From contig JBEIPA010000005.1 in NCBI GenBank assembly GCA_040377305.1, positions 128,001 through 192,000 of the forward strand: DNA of 64,000 nucleotides, in the 5' to 3' direction. The notes under the pieces are model-generated. The model was not told the DNA's origin. It did no database searches and worked only from the letters and a program-made list of their open reading frames with translations. This document shows positions 11,101 through 20,408 of this stretch, piece by piece. The translations under genes and the position numbers were made by a program. Source of the stretch: Flavobacteriales bacterium (GTDB taxonomy: Bacteria; Bacteroidota; Bacteroidia; Palsa-965). Within the stretch, counting starts at the first letter, position 1, and every line of letters begins with the position of its first letter.

Positions 11101-12084
11101 ATGAAGAAAATTTACACTCTTGCAGTATTCTCTTTAGCTGTCCTTGGCATGAACGCACAGGAAAGCGTAAATAAGAATTTCACAGGACCAGCTGCTCCAG
11201 CACAAGGTAACGTTACGCCAAACGTATTGGCTAACGGAGATACTTTGATGTGGATGCCTTTAGCTGGTTACTACATTAACCCAACTGACCAAGCTGGTTT
11301 CAGCATTCAGATTGAAGATATCGATGGTGCTACTGTTGAGGCAAACACAATTCAGTGCTCTGATTGGTGCTTGTTCTACTCTACTGATCCTTCTGATATC
11401 CAACCTAACCAAGGCGATATCGACACAGCTTTCTTCTGGGGAGCAACTTCATGGTTCGCACCTGTTGGTCAGGCTTCTAACTGGCTCGAGTTCGGTCCTA
11501 TCACTCTTCCTGCTACAGGCGGACACATTGAGTGGATGTACAAAATCCAGGACAACGCATTCCGTGATGGTTACAAGATTCGTGTGAACACAACAAGCCT
11601 TAACGCTTCTGACTTCACTGATCCAGCTATCTATTCAATCGGAGACAACGCTGCTTCTACAAACGGAGACACTACATGGACACAAGCTCCAGGTGCTGAT
11701 ATGTCAGCTTATGCTGGTCAGCAAGTGTACATTGCATTCGAGCACGACGCGAACGATATGTTCATCATCTGGATTGACAATATCATCGTTATCGAAGGAC
11801 CAATGAGCGTTACTGAGAACAACGGTGTTACTTTGAACTCTGCAATGCCTAACCCTGCTAACGACGGAACAATCATTTCTTACAACCTCGCTACTTCTTC
11901 TGACGTTGTAATCACAATGACTGACGTTACAGGTAAAGTTGTTTACACTGAGAACCGTATGAACCAGAATGCTGGTTTGAACAACGTTTCAGTTAACACA
12001 GCTGAGCTTGCAAACGGCGTTTACTTCTACACTGTATCTGCTAACGGCGTTACAGCTACACAGAAGCTCGCAGTTCAGCACTAA
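11101..12084 (+). CDS. T9SS type-A cargo protein with cleaved-adhesin (choice-of-anchor J)-like domain
   Basis: Signal peptide, ASNWL..GPITLP, DMSAYAGQQVYIAFEH..ND..IIWIDNI, and CTD MPNPA...LANGVYFYTV...TQKL. TATATTTG promoter at 11047-11054. Confidence 0.85.
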   Translation: MKKIYTLAVFSLAVLGMNAQESVNKNFTGPAAPAQGNVTPNVLANGDTLMWMPLAGYYINPTDQAGFSIQIEDIDGATVEANTIQCSDWCLFYSTDPSDIQPNQGDIDTAFFWGATSWFAPVGQASNWLEFGPITLPATGGHIEWMYKIQDNAFRDGYKIRVNTTSLNASDFTDPAIYSIGDNAASTNGDTTWTQAPGADMSAYAGQQVYIAFEHDANDMFIIWIDNIIVIEGPMSVTENNGVTLNSAMPNPANDGTIISYNLATSSDVVITMTDVTGKVVYTENRMNQNAGLNNVSVNTAELANGVYFYTVSANGVTATQKLAVQH

Positions 12085-12099
12085 GCTTACTACGATTTC

Positions 12100-12137
12100 A
12101 AACAAAAAGCCCGGCCGAAAAGTCGGGCTTTTTGTTT
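12100..12137 (+). terminator. Intrinsic terminator
   Basis: AAACAAAAAGCCCG...CGGGCTTTTTGTTT. Confidence 0.85.
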
Positions 12138-12268
12138 AGATAAGCGGGAGATGGAAGCACTTGAACAGGTACAAAGGTTAGCTGTTGCTCCAATTTTACA
12201 CCCGTCGCCCGACTGTTGTTTCGCGTCTTTTCGCTATATTTGTTTTTATCACAAACAAAAACTGAAAC

Positions 12269-13456
12269 ATGAAAAAAATCTACTCTGTAGTAGCTTGTGC
12301 GTTGTTGACTCTTGGAGTGAATGCACAAAGCATTCAGACTGTACCAAACGGTGGGCGTGTTGTTCACGGTGTTGACCGCTCGAACCCTCCAACAACTCAA
12401 TCCGCGATGTCGTTCTATACAGACTACGACTTTATGGATGAGACGTATAATGTTGACTCATTGGGTGGACTTTACGCACGTTACATCTGGGACATGAACA
12501 TGAACTACGATCTGACCTTGGCTGACACTGCCATCACTTATGCAGTGGTTGATTTCAGTTCGTTCTGGGATTCTTACAATGCGAATGGACCAACTCCGGT
12601 TCCAAACAATATGTTCAACACGTACACAATTGATTCTGTGTTTATCCTTGGAGGTCACTCGAACTTCTCCGGTCAGCCAGACACAATTGTTATTGTAACA
12701 GTTGGTTTGAATGGTGCTGGTTATCCGCAAAACAACACGGTGCTTGATCGTGACACTATCATTGCAACTAACTTCGGAACTGTAAACAGTTTCTTACAGG
12801 CTGCTGTAATCGGTGTTGAGGTGAACCACACGATCACTAACCCTGCTACAAAATTCGGAATTCGCGTTGAGTACTACGGTGACCGTACACTTGACACATT
12901 CGGAATCCTTGCTGGTTTCGGTGATCTTGGACCAGGAAACTGCTCGGTTAACTCAAACCTTCCAAACTTTGCGTTGCCTTCCCACCATGGACCTAACAGC
13001 TATCGTTTCGATATGCGCTACAGCCCTGCAAATGGAATGCTGCCAACCGCTTCAGGTATTGATACATACTATGAGTGCAACGGTACAGCTGGAAAACAGC
13101 CAGGTCTTGATTCTGAAAACTTCCTTCAGAACTGGGGCATCTGGGCAAAAATCACTGTAGACGGTGTTGGTATCAACGAAACTCCTAACACTGGAATTTC
13201 ATTGGAGCAGAACATGCCAAACCCTGCAGGCAACAGCACGCAAATCAAATACAACCTCGCGAATAACGGACAGAATGTTGCCCTTGAAGTCTATGACATC
13301 ACAGGACAACTGATTGAGTCAGTTGATCAAGGTTCACGCGCTGCTGGTCAACACACAATCGACCTGAACACGGCTAACTACGCTGCTGGTGTATACTTCT
13401 ACACTTTGAACGTTGATGGAGTTAAAGTGACTAAGAAAATGGTGATCAGCGAGTAA
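12269..13456 (+). CDS. T9SS type-A cargo protein, unknown passenger domain
   Basis: Signal peptide and CTD LEQNMPNPA...GVYFYTL...TKKMVI. TATATTTG at 12235-12242. Confidence 0.85.
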   Translation: MKKIYSVVACALLTLGVNAQSIQTVPNGGRVVHGVDRSNPPTTQSAMSFYTDYDFMDETYNVDSLGGLYARYIWDMNMNYDLTLADTAITYAVVDFSSFWDSYNANGPTPVPNNMFNTYTIDSVFILGGHSNFSGQPDTIVIVTVGLNGAGYPQNNTVLDRDTIIATNFGTVNSFLQAAVIGVEVNHTITNPATKFGIRVEYYGDRTLDTFGILAGFGDLGPGNCSVNSNLPNFALPSHHGPNSYRFDMRYSPANGMLPTASGIDTYYECNGTAGKQPGLDSENFLQNWGIWAKITVDGVGINETPNTGISLEQNMPNPAGNSTQIKYNLANNGQNVALEVYDITGQLIESVDQGSRAAGQHTIDLNTANYAAGVYFYTLNVDGVKVTKKMVISE

Positions 13457-13464
13457 TCCTGAAG

Positions 13465-13519
13465 CAACCACAATAAAAAAAGCCTGGCGATTAAACGTCA
13501 GGCTTTTTTATTGTGGTTG
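13465..13519. terminator. Bidirectional intrinsic terminator
   Basis: CAACCACAATAAAAAAAGCCTG...CAGGCTTTTTTATTGTGGTTG between convergent genes. Confidence 0.85.
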
Positions 13520-13567
13520 TGTACGGTCCTGAAATGAGTTGACCTAAGTATCCGTGTCTGCTACTGT

Positions 13568-14338
13568 CTAAAGGCTCCCGTCTTTTTCGAGACGCTCACG
13601 AAACTCCTGAAGAAACTTGGTAGCATAAACGAACTCGGAAAGTTCCTTCTGCTTCGTAGTAAGAATCTCTTTACGCGTTCCTTCCCACAACTTCAAGCCT
13701 TTGTGCAGGTATGCGATGCGATCACCAATTTCAAGAACAGAATTCATATCGTGTGTGATTACAACGGTAGTCATGTCGTATTCGATCGTAAGATCTTTGA
13801 TCAACTCGTCAATGAGAATGGATGTCTTCGGATCGAGTCCGGAGTTTGGCTCATCGCAGAAAAGATACTTTGGCTTCAACGCAATCGCACGCGCAATCGC
13901 TACGCGCTTCTTCATTCCACCGGAAAGTTCTGCAGGAAATAATTTCAAAACATTCGGAAGATTCACACGTTCGAGACAGTGCTGAACACGATCGCGTTTT
14001 TCACTCAACGGCATATCCGTAAAAACGGAAAGTGCGAACATCACATTTTCTTCCACCGTCATTGAATCAAACAGTGCAGAGCCCTGGAAAAGCATTCCGA
14101 TTTTCTTGCGGATGGTTTTCTGAGCTTCCCAATCCATTTTCAGAAAATCTTCGCCGTCGTAAAGCACTTCGCCGGTTTCAGGAATGATAAGTCCCACCAT
14201 GCATTTAATGAGTACCGACTTACCCGTCCCGCTTTCTCCGATGATGAGGTTCGTTTTTCCCTTCTCAAATACGAATGAGAAATCTTTGAGAACCTGTTTC
14301 TCTCCGAATGATTTGTTAATGTTGCGCACTTCGATCAT
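13568..14338 (-). CDS. MlaF-like ABC transporter ATP-binding protein
   Basis: GESGTGKS, LFQGSALFDSMTV, LSGGMKKRVAIARA. Coupled to the MlaE-family gene. Confidence 0.9.
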   Translation of the reverse strand: MIEVRNINKSFGEKQVLKDFSFVFEKGKTNLIIGESGTGKSVLIKCMVGLIIPETGEVLYDGEDFLKMDWEAQKTIRKKIGMLFQGSALFDSMTVEENVMFALSVFTDMPLSEKRDRVQHCLERVNLPNVLKLFPAELSGGMKKRVAIARAIALKPKYLFCDEPNSGLDPKTSILIDELIKDLTIEYDMTTVVITHDMNSVLEIGDRIAYLHKGLKLWEGTRKEILTTKQKELSEFVYATKFLQEFRERLEKDGSL

Positions 14339-15084
14339 CCCAGCAACATTTGTGTGAGTATGAAATTGAAGAGCAACAGCACAATGATACTATATACCAC
14401 TGCGCGAGTACTTGCCTGTCCGACTTCCAGTGATCCGCCTTTGGTATAATAACCATGATAAGCAGAAACCGACGGAATGATAAAGCCGAAGAAAAGTGAT
14501 TTAGTCAAAGCATAGAATACGTTGTATGGACGGAAGTCATACTGAATGCCGTAAACAAATTCGTATGGAGTAACCACTCCCGCTGCAACACCGAGCGTGA
14601 ATCCACCCATGTGACCGAGGAACATACTGATCACAACCATGAATGGGAAAATGAAAACCGATGCAACAATTTTCGGCAGAATAAGAAAGCTTGCAGAGTT
14701 GACACCCATTACATCGAGCGCATCTATCTGTTCGCTCACGCGCATGTTGCCGAGTTCGGATGCGATACTCGAACCTACTTTTCCGGCAAGGATCAGACTC
14801 ACAATTGTTGGTGCGAATTCGAGTACGATAGAATCGCGTGCTGCAACACCAACAGCATACAACGGAATCCAAGGGCTTTCAAATCCGAATGCCGCTTGAA
14901 TTGTGATAACCGCTCCCATGAAAATGGAAATGATAGCCACAACTCCGAGTGAGCCAATTCCGATGGCATTAATCTCGAAGAACACGCGGTTCCAGAAAAT
15001 GCTGGCTTTCTCAGGACGCCGGAAAACCTGCATCAGCATGAGCCAGTATCGCCCAACGTGATAAATCAAACGCAGTGGATCCAT
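14335..15084 (-). CDS. MlaE-family ABC transporter permease
   Basis: AGKVGSSIASELGNMRVSEQIDALDVMG, VGQASTRAVV. Confidence 0.92.
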   Translation of the reverse strand: MDPLRLIYHVGRYWLMLMQVFRRPEKASIFWNRVFFEINAIGIGSLGVVAIISIFMGAVITIQAAFGFESPWIPLYAVGVAARDSIVLEFAPTIVSLILAGKVGSSIASELGNMRVSEQIDALDVMGVNSASFLILPKIVASVFIFPFMVVISMFLGHMGGFTLGVAAGVVTPYEFVYGIQYDFRPYNVFYALTKSLFFGFIIPSVSAYHGYYTKGGSLEVGQASTRAVVYSIIVLLLFNFILTQMLLG

Positions 15085-15149
15085 AGAATGGCTAAAATTA
15101 CCTAATTCGGAGACAACTACGGTGAAAAAGCGCATAAGGAAGAGGGATT

Positions 15150-15234
15150 GGGAATTAGGGAATTTAGGCTCAGCGAGATAAGAATGGAAGCATGCCTAAA
15201 TTCCCTAACCCACTATTACTCACCACTAATTCCC
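15150..15234. repeat. Octamer-based inverted repeat (GGGAATTA)
   Basis: TTAGGGAATTTAGGC (15155-15169) and GCCTAAATTCCCTAA (15194-15208) form a perfect 15 bp inverted repeat. Confidence 0.7.
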
Positions 15235-15302
15235 CGTTCCCTGTACCATTCTGATCATTCTAACGTTATAACCAGAGACGCTCCTTATTAGTATATTTGA
15301 TC

Positions 15303-15470
15303 ATGACTCGCATCTACCGTCGCTTACTTCCACTGCTGATTCTGGGCGCTTTTGCAACCACTTCATTAGAAGGCTGCTTCATGTTCGGAGGAAAGAACAA
15401 TTGCGGCGATTGTCCGAGCTTCAAGAGCAACAACAAGCCTAAGAAGCAGAAGCGTAAAAAGAAGCATTAG
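15303..15470 (+). CDS. 55-aa micro-lipoprotein with CxxCP motif and Lys-rich tail (copy 1)
   Basis: Hand translation MTRIYRRLLPLLILGAFATTSLEGCFMFGGKNNCGDCPSFKSNNKPKKQKRKKKH*. TATATTTG promoter box at 15292-15299. A paralog follows downstream. Confidence 0.8.
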   Translation: MTRIYRRLLPLLILGAFATTSLEGCFMFGGKNNCGDCPSFKSNNKPKKQKRKKKH

Positions 15471-15472
15471 TC

Positions 15473-15507
15473 AATGTGCTAATATGCTAATGAGTTAATT
15501 TGCTAAT
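15473..15507. repeat. Octamer tandem repeat AATRTGCT x4
   Basis: aatgtgct aatatgct aatgagtt aatttgct aat. The same family occurs at 28693-28717 and 36233-36396. Confidence 0.8.
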
Positions 15508-15516
15508 CCGGAACTC

Positions 15517-15666
15517 TTGAATATTCGTCGGTTGTTGCCATTCATCTTGCTAGGCACGGTTTTGTTTACTTCACTGGAAGGGTGTAAGCTATTTGAAAAG
15601 AACAAATGCGATACGTGTCCCCATGGCGATGGGAGCAAGCCGAAGAAACAGAAGCGGAAGCATTAG
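15517..15666 (+). CDS. 49-aa micro-lipoprotein with CxxCP motif and Lys-rich tail (copy 2)
   Basis: TTG start, MNIRRLLPFILLGTVLFTSLEGCKLFEKNKCDTCPHGDGSKPKKQKRKH*. Clear paralog of 15303-15470. Confidence 0.72.
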   Translation: MNIRRLLPFILLGTVLFTSLEGCKLFEKNKCDTCPHGDGSKPKKQKRKH

Positions 15667-15719
15667 TTTTCCCGTGTGTTATTCGTGCGCGACGCCTACG
15701 GCATCGCGCTGCTAAAATG

Positions 15720-16099
15720 TGGGTTAGGGTACGGCGTGTTTGTTACACATGTTTGGCTTCTCTGAAGCCATGCTACACTCACGTAATCATCACGCCAAAC
15801 ATGCTATACAACCAGCGACCGACGCCTAAGGCGTTCTGCAATTACTTTGTAAGGCATCGTGCAGAACAATGGGTTGGGGCGTGGCGTGTTTGTTACACAT
15901 TGACTTCTCTGAAGCCGTGCTACACTCACGTAATCATCACGCCAAACATGATATGCAAGCAACGAGCGATGCCCAACGCATGCTGCAATTACTTTGTAAG
16001 GTGCGAAACGCCCGTGTGTTGCTCATGCCTGGCGTCCTAGATGCTGCGTAATTTGAAGGTCCCATCGGGACCAAACATGTGTAACACAACCCTCGCCCA
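15720..16099. repeat. REP-like cluster: two direct units at about 150 bp period plus one inverted arm
   Basis: 15720-15854 resembles 15870-16001. The inverted arm GGTCCCATCGGGACCAAACATGTGTAACA starts at 16058. The CATGTTTGG-hairpin core also occurs at 48599-48754. Confidence 0.85.
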
Positions 16100-16231
16100 C
16101 GGAATCTCTCTATAGCTTGCCGATCGCCTGCGATCGTACAACAGCACCTCGCAGTAGAGTCGCAGCAAATACCGCATTCTAGGTAGACTTCCCCGAGACA
16201 ATCACACCTCACGATTCCGTACCTTTACCCT

Positions 16232-16474
16232 GTGAAAAACGACAACCTCGCGTCGCTGATTCCAGGAGAAAAAGCCATAATCGATTCATTCACCGATCCG
16301 GAATTATCGGTGAAGCTTCTTGAAATGGGCTGCACTCCAGGTGAAGAAGTTACCCTTGAAAAAGTAGCTCCTTTTGGTGATCCTATCGCTGTGAATGTTG
16401 CCGGTTACACACTCAGTCTTCGTCTATCCGAAGCAGCTACCGTTAAAATCCTTCGCGTAGGTAACGCCAACTGA
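16232..16474 (+). CDS. feoA: Ferrous iron transport protein A
   Basis: LLEMGCTPG...APFGDPI...LSLRLSEA, immediately before feoB. Confidence 0.93.
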   Translation: MKNDNLASLIPGEKAIIDSFTDPELSVKLLEMGCTPGEEVTLEKVAPFGDPIAVNVAGYTLSLRLSEAATVKILRVGNAN

Positions 16475-16478
16475 TTTC

Positions 16479-18668
16479 TTGGAAAATTCTTCCCGCAATA
16501 AATTGCAGCGGAAAATTGCGCTGATCGGAAATCCCAACAGCGGGAAGTCTACACTGTTCAATGCCCTTACCGGACTCAATCAACGCACTGGAAATTTTCC
16601 GGGTGTAACGGTCGACAAGAAAACGGCAAACGTTACGAAGACTATTGATAAACGGGACTTCGAGTTTCGTTACATCGATCTTCCGGGAACATATTCATTG
16701 TATCCGAAATCACCCGACGAGGAAGTAGCGACACAGATTCTCACTGAGAAATCGAATAAAGAATTTCCGGACACCGTAGTGATTGTTGCCGATGCAACCA
16801 GTCTGAAACGTAGCCTGTTTCTCGCCGGACAAATCATCGACCTGAATATTCCATGTGTTCTCGTTCTGAACATGATGGACGAAGCCGAGAAATCAGGACT
16901 TCAAATCGACATCGGAAGATTGTCGAATCGATTAGGAATTCCGGTTCTTCCGGTCAGTGCGCGCAACAAAGAAGGAATTGAGCAACTGGAGATTCTTCTC
17001 TCTACGCATGGTGATTTACCGGCATATCGTTTCATCGACGCGAGCGCCATTGCGAAGAATGCAACCGATCTTGTTAAAACAGAATTCAAAGACCGTACGG
17101 AAGATTACGTTGCATTATATCGCGCAAATCGTTTGTACGCGACCAATGAAAAGTGGCAGGAGAAACTGGATGCTGTTGGATTTAGTCCCACGGCAGCCCA
17201 GGCAGAAGAAAGCCTCACGCGTTACGGAATCATTGCACAACATATTGAAGCGTGTACGAGAACCGGAACCGGACGCTCTGCATTTGCGAAGAAAATAGAT
17301 GCGATCATTACACACAAGGTGTGGGGTTATCTGATTTTTCTTTTCATCATGCTCATTGTGTTTCAAACGATATTCTATCTCGCCGAATATCCGATGACGT
17401 GGATTGAAAACGGATTCGCGTGGATACAGGAATGGTGTGCACGTGTGATGCCGGAAGGAATGCTCACTGATCTTTTCATCAATGGAATTCTTGCAGGCTT
17501 GAGCGGAGTTGTAGTTTTCGTTCCGCAGATTGCCTTGTTGTTTTTCTTCATCGCGATGCTGGAAGATTCCGGTTACATGGCGCGTGTGAGTTTCATCATG
17601 GACAAACTCATGCGAAAAATCGGTCTGCATGGGCGAAGTGTAATTCCACTCATCAGCGGAATGGCTTGCGCGGTTCCGGCGATCATGGGAACGCGAACGA
17701 TCAGCAACTGGAAAGAGCGAATCATTACGATCATGGTCACTCCGTTGATGAGCTGCAGCGCCCGACTTCCTGTTTATGCCTTGCTGATTTCACTGGTGAT
17801 TCCGGATAAAATCGTTGGCGGCATTTTTAATTTGCAGGGATTAGTGTTGATGGGAATGTATCTGCTTGGATTCCTGATGGCCATTTTGTCGGCGTGGATT
17901 TTGCATCTTCTCATCAAAGGAAAAGGACGGAGCTGGTTTGTGATGGAGCTTCCGATTTATCGTATACCGAAATGGTCGAACGTTTTCTATCTCATCTACG
18001 AGAAAGTAAAAGTGTTTTTGTTCGACGCCGGAAAAGTGATTCTTGCGGTTTCAATTGTGTTGTGGGTACTCGCTTCATTCGGGCCTGGTCAGGAATTTAA
18101 GGACGTAGAAGGCGGAATCACATATTGGCAGGATGAACTAGACAAGGTCAATGTGTTAGATGAAACTGTTCGTACCGGAGGACCATTGGATATTCAGTGG
18201 ACGATCGATTCCACGTACAGGATTTCGGTTGAGGATCAGATACGCGACTTACAATCAAAAAAACTCGAACTCTCCTACGCTGGTCGCCTCGGAAAATTCA
18301 TTGAGCCCGCTATCGAACCACTTGGTTACGACTGGAAAATCGGAATCTCGCTCATCACTTCTCTTGCGGCTCGTGAAGTTTTCGTTGGAACGATGGCAAC
18401 CATTTACGGTGCGGGTGACGATGAAAACATTGAGCCCGTACGCGATCGCATGCGCAATGAAAAAGATCCCGAAACAGGAAAACCGGTTTACACACTCGCA
18501 GTTGGATTGTCGCTGATGGTATTTTACGCGTTCGCGATGCAATGTATCAGCACCATCGCAGTTGTGAAACGTGAAACACAAAGCTGGAAATGGCCGATTA
18601 TTCAGTTCGTTTTCATGGGCGCTCTTGCCTGGATTTGCAGTTTTATCACCTACCAGATTCTTTCTTAA
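16479..18668 (+). CDS. feoB: Ferrous iron transport protein B
   Basis: GNPNSGKS, GNFPGVTV, DLPGTYSL, NMMD, MSCSARLPVY. Confidence 0.97.
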   Translation: MENSSRNKLQRKIALIGNPNSGKSTLFNALTGLNQRTGNFPGVTVDKKTANVTKTIDKRDFEFRYIDLPGTYSLYPKSPDEEVATQILTEKSNKEFPDTVVIVADATSLKRSLFLAGQIIDLNIPCVLVLNMMDEAEKSGLQIDIGRLSNRLGIPVLPVSARNKEGIEQLEILLSTHGDLPAYRFIDASAIAKNATDLVKTEFKDRTEDYVALYRANRLYATNEKWQEKLDAVGFSPTAAQAEESLTRYGIIAQHIEACTRTGTGRSAFAKKIDAIITHKVWGYLIFLFIMLIVFQTIFYLAEYPMTWIENGFAWIQEWCARVMPEGMLTDLFINGILAGLSGVVVFVPQIALLFFFIAMLEDSGYMARVSFIMDKLMRKIGLHGRSVIPLISGMACAVPAIMGTRTISNWKERIITIMVTPLMSCSARLPVYALLISLVIPDKIVGGIFNLQGLVLMGMYLLGFLMAILSAWILHLLIKGKGRSWFVMELPIYRIPKWSNVFYLIYEKVKVFLFDAGKVILAVSIVLWVLASFGPGQEFKDVEGGITYWQDELDKVNVLDETVRTGGPLDIQWTIDSTYRISVEDQIRDLQSKKLELSYAGRLGKFIEPAIEPLGYDWKIGISLITSLAAREVFVGTMATIYGAGDDENIEPVRDRMRNEKDPETGKPVYTLAVGLSLMVFYAFAMQCISTIAVVKRETQSWKWPIIQFVFMGALAWICSFITYQILS

Positions 18669-18790
18669 ACACATAGGAACATAAATCTTACCGTGCTAAA
18701 AAGGCGCGCTGAAGCGCGTACATAGGTCGCAAGAGATCGCCACGGCTATTCACCTTTTAACGCGAATGGCACTTCTATGTCCCTATGTGG
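18669..18790. repeat. Short terminal-inverted-repeat element
   Basis: ACACATAGGAACATA (18669-18683) and TATGTCCCTATGTGG (18776-18790) match 13/15. Confidence 0.55.
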
Positions 18791-18804
18791 TGTAAATTTG
18801 TACC

Positions 18805-19425
18805 GTGAATCAGGCGGAGCGCAACCAATCCATTCTGGCTAAATATATTCCTACTGCGGCGGTGCCGATGATTTCGGATTGGATATTTCATTTCAATTTC
18901 AAATTGAAAATCCGCAAGCCGCGTATGAGTGTGTATGGAGATTATCGTCCTCCAATGCCTGGATCGAATCACCTGATCACAATCAACCGCGACATGAATC
19001 AGTATGCATTCCTGCTTACACTCGTTCATGAAATTGCACACCTGCTCGCGCATGAGCGACATGGTCGTCGCATCAAACCACACGGCGAAGAATGGAAAAA
19101 CTGCTTCAAAGAATTAATGCGGCCTGTGATGCGGCTTGGTATTTTTCCGGACGATGTTCGTGGTGCGATCATTGGCTATATGCAGAATCCCGGAGCGAGT
19201 AGCTGTTCCGACGACAATCTTCTTCGCACGCTGAAGAAATACGACAAAGCAAATGGACTTGTGCTGCTTGAATCGTTACCGCTGAATTCTGTTTTTCAGT
19301 TCGGCGGTAAACAATTTGTAAAAGGGAAGAAAATCAGGACACGCTACCACTGTCATCTAAGCGGCACGAAGCATATTTACTTTTTCGCGGCTTTGGCTGA
19401 GGTGACCCATGTCAAAGCAGAATAA
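18805..19425 (+). CDS. SprT-like zinc metalloprotease domain protein
   Basis: TLVHEIAH...KPHGEEWK. Confidence 0.9.
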   Translation: MNQAERNQSILAKYIPTAAVPMISDWIFHFNFKLKIRKPRMSVYGDYRPPMPGSNHLITINRDMNQYAFLLTLVHEIAHLLAHERHGRRIKPHGEEWKNCFKELMRPVMRLGIFPDDVRGAIIGYMQNPGASSCSDDNLLRTLKKYDKANGLVLLESLPLNSVFQFGGKQFVKGKKIRTRYHCHLSGTKHIYFFAALAEVTHVKAE

Positions 19426-19470
19426 CAAGTTCTTCAACCGCGGGATAAACCCACGCGACTGAAGAACTTG
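19426..19470. terminator. Hairpin between convergent genes
   Basis: CAAGTTCTTCA...TGAAGAACTTG. Confidence 0.55.
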
Positions 19471-19504
19471 TTCTTGGCAAACGAATTCCTTTACTATTCG
19501 TTCC

Positions 19505-20203
19505 CTAATCCTCGTACGTCTGCACGTAATACTTCTTCGGCTTGTGACGGTAAACGCGCGTACCCTTTAATGCAAAACCCATTCGCGCGCCCACATACAT
19601 TGATCGGGATGCAATATCGCCCACAAGTACGGAAATCTGGATTGCTCCGTTGGCATGCGACACGGGTATGTACGATTTCAGAACGAGTGCATAACCACGT
19701 TGATTATACCTCGTGAACTCATGACGCCCTATCACATCCATCCACATTTCTGCTCCACCGACCAACGCATAATTGTTCTTGCGGAAGATCTCATATCCAA
19801 ATTGAAGACGCGTAGTAAGTGAAGTACTGTGCGAATGAAAAATCGCATAGTCAAAACCAACGACTTTCATGGGATTTTCTACATCGTAATGAACCCCTGT
19901 TATATCACTATTCCAACCTTTTGCATAGAGCGCTTCAAGGCCTAGCTCAAGCTCCCACCGTTTCGCAAATGGAAGCGCCAACATGAGACCGTACTTCGTA
20001 TTCCAATTCACACGCCAACTATCTGGATTCTGCCATGCGGAATAAATAGAAGGATGTTGCGCAAAGACGCCATTTACAAAACCATTATATCCGACGGTAA
20101 CGCCGAGATAGTACGGTCGGCGATAATATGCAGTGTCATTTCCTTTGGCCTCCGCTATCAATGAAATGAGAACAGTTACAACGATCAGAGTTAGCTTTTT
20201 CAT
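19505..20203 (-). CDS. Hypothetical outer-membrane beta-barrel-like protein
   Basis: Signal peptide MKKLTLIVVTVLISLIAEA and amphipathic aromatic-rich strands. Confidence 0.65.
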   Translation of the reverse strand: MKKLTLIVVTVLISLIAEAKGNDTAYYRRPYYLGVTVGYNGFVNGVFAQHPSIYSAWQNPDSWRVNWNTKYGLMLALPFAKRWELELGLEALYAKGWNSDITGVHYDVENPMKVVGFDYAIFHSHSTSLTTRLQFGYEIFRKNNYALVGGAEMWMDVIGRHEFTRYNQRGYALVLKSYIPVSHANGAIQISVLVGDIASRSMYVGARMGFALKGTRVYRHKPKKYYVQTYED

Positions 20204-20408
20204 CGGTCGGATTTCTACAGGTAAGTCGTGATTTTGTCTGAAAGGCTGCCTCCGTTGAATATTGTCCACACTTTCAGCCATTTTGTTCAAAATTATTGCG
20301 TTTTCCCAGAGAAAAAGTGCCTTTACCAGCCTCCTATCCAACTGCTTACTGCCTACTGATTTGTACCTTTGCACCGCTCTTTTTCCATTAAGAAAACACA
20401 CACACTTG

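Noticed and set aside
15606-16040. 144-aa Cys-rich ORF with an internal repeat (possible RiPP or metallothionein)
   Set aside because: It is a read-through of the DNA repeat block and overlaps the better-supported micro-lipoprotein in another frame. The same DNA core occurs non-coding at 48.6 kb.
15720-16099. Possible CRISPR array
   Set aside because: Only two long diverged units with no unique spacers of constant length, and no cas genes.
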